From: a bacterium
Lineage (GTDB): Bacteria > Oederibacteriota > PGYV01 > Palsa-1178
DNA length: 12,049 nucleotides
NCBI GenBank assembly: GCA_037138355.1
Contig: JBAXIL010000043.1
Coordinates: 1-12,049 of the forward strand
Reading direction: 5' to 3'
Below, piece after piece: positions 7,221 to 12,049 of this stretch. Under the pieces are notes generated by a model. That model was not told the DNA's origin. It saw only the letters and a program-made list of their open reading frames with translations, and made no database searches. Within the stretch, counting starts at the first letter, position 1. Every line of letters starts with the position of its first letter. Both the position numbers and the translations under genes were made by a program.

Positions 7221-10200
7221 TTATTTACTCCACCCAATAGAGACTGGCTGTTTTTGTGCTGTGTCATTTACATTACCATTTGAGTTGTAAATATATTCGA
7301 TATTAGGATCATTTAAATACATTCCCAATGACTGCTCATACTGGTTTGCTGTTGGGAAAGTGCCTGTGAGATAAAAATTAGTAAATTGTTTAATTCCATT
7401 TGCAAAATACATAACTTCAAAGTCATCACTCGTCACATTATCGCCCGACGGATAGCGGGTAAAAGAGCTATGGGCTTCACCAGGATATGGTTCAAGATAT
7501 ATTCTCATAGTCGATGTTGCATGAGGTTTTACGATTGGTACTGTCTTTGCCACTACTGGAGCAAAAACATCATAGACCGCTGTCATGCCGTTTTTGTAAT
7601 CAACTACATTTCCATTTAGGCCATAAATAAAATGATTCATATATTCCATAGACCTTGTTATAGCTGCCGTAGAACCAACCTTATAAGGATTTGGATAAAT
7701 AAAATCTATTCCACCAGCAGGATCATAGTTAGATGCAGCCATAGTCCAATAATCAAATTCAAAAGTAACATTTATTTCAAAGGTTCCTGACACAGTCGCA
7801 TAATCAGTGTCATTAATAAAATCAATATCAATATACGCAGGTCTGTAAAGATACGCAGGGTCAAGTTTTAAAAATGCTGAACCAATTGGATTTGGTGCTG
7901 GACAAGCAGCTGCTTTCTCCACTTGTTCTCTTATACCAGCCGCGACTTTATTTACGGCTTCATCAGTCATTTCGTTTTCTGGAACCCCTGCTTCTGAGAG
8001 TGCAGTAGTAGCTAAATAAGCAATACTCATACTTGAAAGCTCATCAAAGTTTGGTAAAGTCGGTGGCAGGCCAAGTGCAACCAAACCATAATTTACCATT
8101 CCTTCAAGGGCGGTCTTAAAATATCCCTTTAAAGAATCTACTGGACACAAACTCACCACAAAGTTTATCAAACCCATTTTAAGATTATTATATGAATTAG
8201 CCACCTGATTTACCAGAGCATCTGCTGCCTTGAACAAATCAGTAAAGAACTCCACTACCTGATCATATAACTGCTGATACCAAGCTCTATCTTCTTCTTT
8301 TGGTGGTGCGAAATATACAAGTGTGCCTGGTTTGAGAACTCTCGGAATTACAAGCTGCTCATACTGCTGTTTATTTTGAATACCTTGGGCTGCATAATAT
8401 TCTTGTGAATAAAAATACGGATATAGTATTTCATTTTCACCACGCCACGCACAAGTAATTTCATCTGCCGTTGGGGACTTATAAACATAATAATGATTGT
8501 AAGCATCTGGTGCCTGCCACTGTACTGGCGTATATGCTTTCATTTTCATTTTCGGCAATGAGCGATTTACATGTACATAAGTAGGTGCTTTCGGACCCAG
8601 CCAGGTAAAACTTGAATCCCCAAAACCGTATTGTATAGTTACAGTATCAGTCATTTCTACATCGTCAATCCCTGGTGCGCTTGCTGGTTTTAAAATAAAA
8701 CCACGCACATAATATGTCAGGTACTCATTGTTTTTCATTTCAGATGCTTTTTTTCCAAACTCGTCAAAAGTTAAAAGTACTGAGCTTGGATATGTGACAA
8801 CAGGGAAATTTTTCAGAACACCTTCTTGTGCTATCGGCATTTGTGAATGTTTTTCATATAGAACAGGTGCATTAATATCTTCAGAAAATGGTTTGTCCGA
8901 GACCTGTAAGACAAGCTCTCCTATTTTTTCTTTTACACCTTGGAAGAAAAACACTCTTTCCACTTTACCTCTTGAATCCACATATATTGCTTTGTCATGG
9001 TGTATAGGTCTATCCTGAAACTCGCCATCGTAATTGCCTATCGCGTTATTTGGTGTCTGCAATTCATATTTTGGGGTTGTTGAAAAAGTTCTTGTCACTT
9101 TCTCGCCGATAATTACAGCGTCACCTTTTCCAGGCTCTAATACAGGATTTCCTAAAGCATTCACAGCCACCACTCTGACATAAAACAAATTTCGTTTTTT
9201 AGGAATTATTTTTGTTTTCAATGAATCTATTTTATTAATAGTTGCAAAGCTAGTTTCTGCTTCTCCAAAATCTACAAGGAACTCTGAAGTAGAGGCAGGA
9301 AGCTTTCCACTTTTTAGAAGATTAGGTGGATTTGCCCAGTCCTTAGCACCTATATTAAAAGGAGTAGTAGAAACCTGCCATATAATTGTTGAAGCACTTT
9401 TACCAGCAGGCAAATTAAAAGCAAACCAGCGTTTCTTATCAGCTCTTGAATCTACAAAAGTCCCAAATGAAGCACTGGTATAAACAGGACCTTTTGAAAG
9501 AGCTTTAACCATTGGCATTTCATTGGCGGCTTTTGATAATAGTTCAGGACTTCTTGGAGTCAAGATACTGAATAAATTTTTATTATTTAATGAAGGTTTT
9601 TCTTGCGGTTTACCAACAGTAGTAGAAACAAAAAGTTGTACTGTTTCCCTATTCCAAGGCATAAAGAAGTTCTTTACCTGTGTCATAAGAGTATATTTTT
9701 GAAGCTCAGGTTTCTTGTCTTGAGCATCTGCTAATAAAGGAAGTACGGCCTTACCGTCAGTTGAAGGAGCCTCTTCTTTTTTTGCTATATTATTACCATA
9801 TAATAAAAAAGCAATTCCAGCTATAGGTCCTGATATATCTGCTCTCTTATTTGTAAATAGTAAGTTGCCTCCTGAATCTTTTGTATTAAATGTAACATCA
9901 TCTGGATACTTAATCTTCATTTCTGCTTTCTTATAACCACCAAATACTGACAAACCTAAATTATCAGTTAACATATATTGAAGGCCGAGTTTTACATTAG
10001 CCCCGTATCCAACACCATCTCCCAAATAAATGCTTTTTGATTTGATAGAGGTGCCATCAATAACATCCATTGTGTAATCATATCCAAGCTGCAAGATAGC
10101 ACCAGCATCTCCACTTGCAAAAATAAAGAGACCAGGTAATAGATTGAAATTCACATCCGCACCAGCACCTGCGTAACCCGAAGGAATAGACATACTTGAT

Positions 10201-10532
10201 ATTAGAGTTTTAGTAGGACTTACTTTTAAATCGGTTTCAAACTGTGGGGAGAGATATGAGATTACTATTTTTGGAAAAATATTATCTGTTAAGGAAAACT
10301 TAAAAGTCCCTGATATGTCATATATGCTATTTTTGTAAGCAACATCAGGAGTAATAGGAATTGAAGGCGAGGCGATTTGTGCATACGCATCGGAAAAGTT
10401 TATATTAAAGTCAGTAGGGCTTATCGTTCCAATACTCCCTCCTAATTCAAAACCTGTTTTAGCATTTGATAGTATAGGAAGTAAAATTATGAACAGTAAA
10501 AAAAGAAACATCTTGAAGATATTTTTTCTCAT
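7221..10532 (-). CDS. Large exported protein of unknown function: signal peptide, putative outer-membrane beta-barrel, two repeated beta-rich modules, amphipathic helical segment, C-terminal beta-rich domain
   Basis: 1103-aa uninterrupted ORF with a GGAGG RBS. Sec signal MRKNIFKMFLFLLFIILLPILSNA|K. Residues ~25-246 show alternating amphipathic strands (e.g. ANVKLGLQYMLTDNLGLSVFGGY). The CDS is well supported; the domain calls are inference. Confidence 0.8.
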   Translation of the reverse strand: MRKNIFKMFLFLLFIILLPILSNAKTGFELGGSIGTISPTDFNINFSDAYAQIASPSIPITPDVAYKNSIYDISGTFKFSLTDNIFPKIVISYLSPQFETDLKVSPTKTLISSMSIPSGYAGAGADVNFNLLPGLFIFASGDAGAILQLGYDYTMDVIDGTSIKSKSIYLGDGVGYGANVKLGLQYMLTDNLGLSVFGGYKKAEMKIKYPDDVTFNTKDSGGNLLFTNKRADISGPIAGIAFLLYGNNIAKKEEAPSTDGKAVLPLLADAQDKKPELQKYTLMTQVKNFFMPWNRETVQLFVSTTVGKPQEKPSLNNKNLFSILTPRSPELLSKAANEMPMVKALSKGPVYTSASFGTFVDSRADKKRWFAFNLPAGKSASTIIWQVSTTPFNIGAKDWANPPNLLKSGKLPASTSEFLVDFGEAETSFATINKIDSLKTKIIPKKRNLFYVRVVAVNALGNPVLEPGKGDAVIIGEKVTRTFSTTPKYELQTPNNAIGNYDGEFQDRPIHHDKAIYVDSRGKVERVFFFQGVKEKIGELVLQVSDKPFSEDINAPVLYEKHSQMPIAQEGVLKNFPVVTYPSSVLLTFDEFGKKASEMKNNEYLTYYVRGFILKPASAPGIDDVEMTDTVTIQYGFGDSSFTWLGPKAPTYVHVNRSLPKMKMKAYTPVQWQAPDAYNHYYVYKSPTADEITCAWRGENEILYPYFYSQEYYAAQGIQNKQQYEQLVIPRVLKPGTLVYFAPPKEEDRAWYQQLYDQVVEFFTDLFKAADALVNQVANSYNNLKMGLINFVVSLCPVDSLKGYFKTALEGMVNYGLVALGLPPTLPNFDELSSMSIAYLATTALSEAGVPENEMTDEAVNKVAAGIREQVEKAAACPAPNPIGSAFLKLDPAYLYRPAYIDIDFINDTDYATVSGTFEINVTFEFDYWTMAASNYDPAGGIDFIYPNPYKVGSTAAITRSMEYMNHFIYGLNGNVVDYKNGMTAVYDVFAPVVAKTVPIVKPHATSTMRIYLEPYPGEAHSSFTRYPSGDNVTSDDFEVMYFANGIKQFTNFYLTGTFPTANQYEQSLGMYLNDPNIEYIYNSNGNVNDTAQKQPVSIGWSK

Positions 10533-10571
10533 AACGCCTCCAGAAAGATTTGTTATTTTTTAATATATTAT

Positions 10572-10599
10572 AATATAACAGAAATGGTGTGGATTTCAA
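10572..10599 (-). promoter_or_regulatory. Putative sigma70 promoter of the large exported protein gene
   Basis: Minus strand TTGAAA (10599-10594), 16-nt spacer, TATATT (10577-10572) with TGn extension; same geometry as the gltA promoter. The region is AT-rich, so a chance match is possible. Confidence 0.45.
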
Positions 10600-10678
10600 A
10601 GTGAAATTTGATGAAAGTTTTTTAATTTTTCCAAAGCCCCTGTCTCACCTAAATTAGAGTTTCAAAGACTAAAGTTAA

Positions 10679-10697
10679 AGGTCACAATTTGTGCCCT
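10679..10697. repeat. Imperfect palindrome, variant copy of the ORF6N internal palindrome, spanning the ORF6N stop codon
   Basis: AGGTCACAA-T-TTGTGCCCT: 9-bp arms with one mismatch and a 1-nt centre. Confidence 0.8.
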
Positions 10698-11215
10698 CGA
10701 GTCGAGTTGTTTTCTGCCGGCCTAAAACCAATCTGTTTTCGTTTCGGCTGTTCCTTAGATTTACTGCTCAACTGCTTTAAAAAATTAAAAATAATAACAA
10801 AATTATCATCATGTTTTTTCAATTTATCGAGGATTTTTTTGCTTGTGGAGAGGTACTCGCGGATCTTTACAAAAGCACGCATTATAGAAATATTTATCAG
10901 TCTGGCTTTTTTACTTTTGAGCACACTCGAAAGCATGGAAACTCCAAGTTCGGTAAAGACATAAGGCAGATATTTCGAGTACTTTCCCGTCCCCTCTAAG
11001 GTGCCAATTTGGCACCTTAAAAGATTAGACTCTTCCTTTGTTAAAACATACATAAAATCTTCAGGAAAACTCTCAATATTTCTGCGCACCTGCCTGTTTA
11101 ATTGTTTTGTTTCCACCCCATAAAACACCGCTAGATCACTATCCAACATAACCTTCTGCCCTCTAATCAAGTATATCTTTTGTGCAATATTTTCAATCGG
11201 TATCAAACCCTCCAT
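10682..11215 (-). CDS. ORF6N-domain putative DNA-binding protein
   Basis: 177 aa with the ORF6N signature IYLIRGQKVMLDSDLA.FYGVETK.LN.QVRRN...FPEDFM..LT..E...LRCQIGT...PYVFTE.GV.MLSSVL.S, a coiled-coil-like tail and C-terminal KRKQIGF. AAGGGGG RBS. Confidence 0.92.
   Translation of the reverse strand: MEGLIPIENIAQKIYLIRGQKVMLDSDLAVFYGVETKQLNRQVRRNIESFPEDFMYVLTKEESNLLRCQIGTLEGTGKYSKYLPYVFTELGVSMLSSVLKSKKARLINISIMRAFVKIREYLSTSKKILDKLKKHDDNFVIIFNFLKQLSSKSKEQPKRKQIGFRPAENNSTRGHKL
10997..11019. repeat. Perfect 23-bp palindrome inside the ORF6N coding sequence
   Basis: TAAGGTGCCAA-T-TTGGCACCTTA: 11-bp perfect arms and a 1-nt centre; encodes LRCQIGTL. Confidence 0.95.
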
Positions 11216-11258
11216 CTGATCCCCCTTATATTATATGTGTATAACCAGTCTCAGTAAA

Positions 11259-11287
11259 ATTATACACTTTGTATACTTATGTGTCAA
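11259..11287 (-). promoter_or_regulatory. Consensus sigma70 promoter of the ORF6N gene
   Basis: Minus strand TTGACA (11287-11282), 17-nt spacer, TATAAT (11264-11259); 43 nt upstream of the ATG. Confidence 0.85.
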
Positions 11288-11357
11288 TGTTATTTTCAGA
11301 GAAATGATACTAAAGATTTAATTATGGAAGGATTGCGAACCAGTTCCTATATGTTTT

Positions 11358-11810
11358 TTATGATTTGCCTGCGCGTTTTACGACAACTTTTCTGTGCGAA
11401 GAAGCTATTTCAAGAAGTTTTTTATACGCCAAGCCACCCTTGGTAAGTGAGCATCCGCTTTTGATTAAAATGGAATCCTTTTCTACAAAAAACGGATAGG
11501 TTCTACAACTCATAGGTCTTTTATCATAAATAAGACATTTACGAGTGCTTTCGTCAAAATGCCGGCAATAGGTTTTAGTTTCAATACTGTACATACCACT
11601 GGCATGTATTGGTTTGATACCATTTACCTTGAAATGCTCAGGAAGTATTTTTTCGCCATAGATCATTATCAATTCGTTTTCGTTTACAGACAAAGAAACA
11701 TTATGCATATCGCAGCAAGTTTTATCGCACTTGGACATACAATACTCTGCCAAGTATTCAACTTTCCACTTCTCAAAATCCCTCTCAAAACTCTTTAATT
11801 GAAGCCCCAT
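11358..11810 (-). CDS. YkgJ-family cysteine-cluster (putative Fe-S/Zn-binding) protein
   Basis: 150 aa with CMSKCDKTCC ... CRHFD....KCLIYDKRPMSCRTYPF ... C, the 8-Cys CxxCxxCC-family pattern. GAGGAG RBS. Confidence 0.85.
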   Translation of the reverse strand: MGLQLKSFERDFEKWKVEYLAEYCMSKCDKTCCDMHNVSLSVNENELIMIYGEKILPEHFKVNGIKPIHASGMYSIETKTYCRHFDESTRKCLIYDKRPMSCRTYPFFVEKDSILIKSGCSLTKGGLAYKKLLEIASSHRKVVVKRAGKS

Positions 11811-12049
11811 AGCATTCTCCTCATCGTTATATAAGTTCTAATCCACGCAAGACCAACATATGCATCACAGCAATCTGACAATTACATTTATACTATCTAT
11901 ATTCTTAATTCTTGATTATAAAATGTTTTTATAAAACGGAAGTCACATTGCTTCCTTATCACTTACAAAAACCATTATCTTGTCATAATATCTTTTCTTT
12001 TTGATGCCTTTTAGCCTTCTGCTGCCACTGCTTTTTATAAATTTCTGTA

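Noticed and set aside
10677..11019. The ORF6N palindromes as a CRISPR array or IS terminal repeats
   Set aside because: Only two non-identical copies 320 bp apart, with no spacers, cas genes, transposase or target-site duplication.
11337..11346. GAAC-CA-GTTC as a LexA (Cheo) box upstream of ORF6N
   Set aside because: The spacer is 2 nt instead of the 4 nt of GAAC-N4-GTTC, and it lies upstream of the promoter.
101..11798. All plus-strand ORFs in the track (e.g. 101-430, 907-1290, 1384-1686, 6023-6355, 8728-9018, 10689-10964, 11559-11798)
   Set aside because: They are antisense shadows of well-supported minus-strand genes, with no recognisable motifs.
11916..11936. TTATAAAA-TGT-TTTTATAA inverted repeat upstream of the YkgJ-like gene
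   Set aside because: Arms are purely A/T in a very AT-rich spacer, so it is likely chance.
11943..12049. Possible 3' end of an upstream minus-strand gene (open frames QKFIKSSGSRRLKGIKKKRYYDKIMVFVSDKEAM* ending at 11943, or TEIYKKQWQQKAKRHQKEKIL* ending at 11983)
   Set aside because: Two short open frames with no recognisable motif; I cannot choose between them or support either from this window.

Overview
AT-rich bacterial window in which every credible gene is on the minus strand. In transcription order (right to left): a YkgJ-like CxxxCxxxCC cysteine-cluster protein; a standalone ORF6N-domain DNA-binding protein with its own perfect sigma70 promoter; a probable 3-gene unit (1103-aa exported protein with a putative N-terminal outer-membrane beta-barrel, a standalone CIA30/CBM11-like protein, and a BioD-like P-loop + DRTGG protein resembling the Pta N-terminus); then a tightly coupled TCA operon behind a consensus promoter: Si-citrate synthase, a four-subunit 2-oxoacid (probably 2-oxoglutarate):ferredoxin oxidoreductase (delta-alpha-beta-gamma), sucC and the start of sucD. 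The most unusual signal is in the ORF6N gene. The codons of its signature motif (LRCQIGTL) form a perfect 23-bp DNA palindrome. A second variant of that palindrome, with both arms changed in complementary fashion, sits across the stop codon 320 bp away and, in another frame, encodes an alternative version of the same peptide motif (SRAQIVTF). No rRNA, tRNA, CRISPR array or transposase was recognised. All calls come from reading the sequence; no searches were run.
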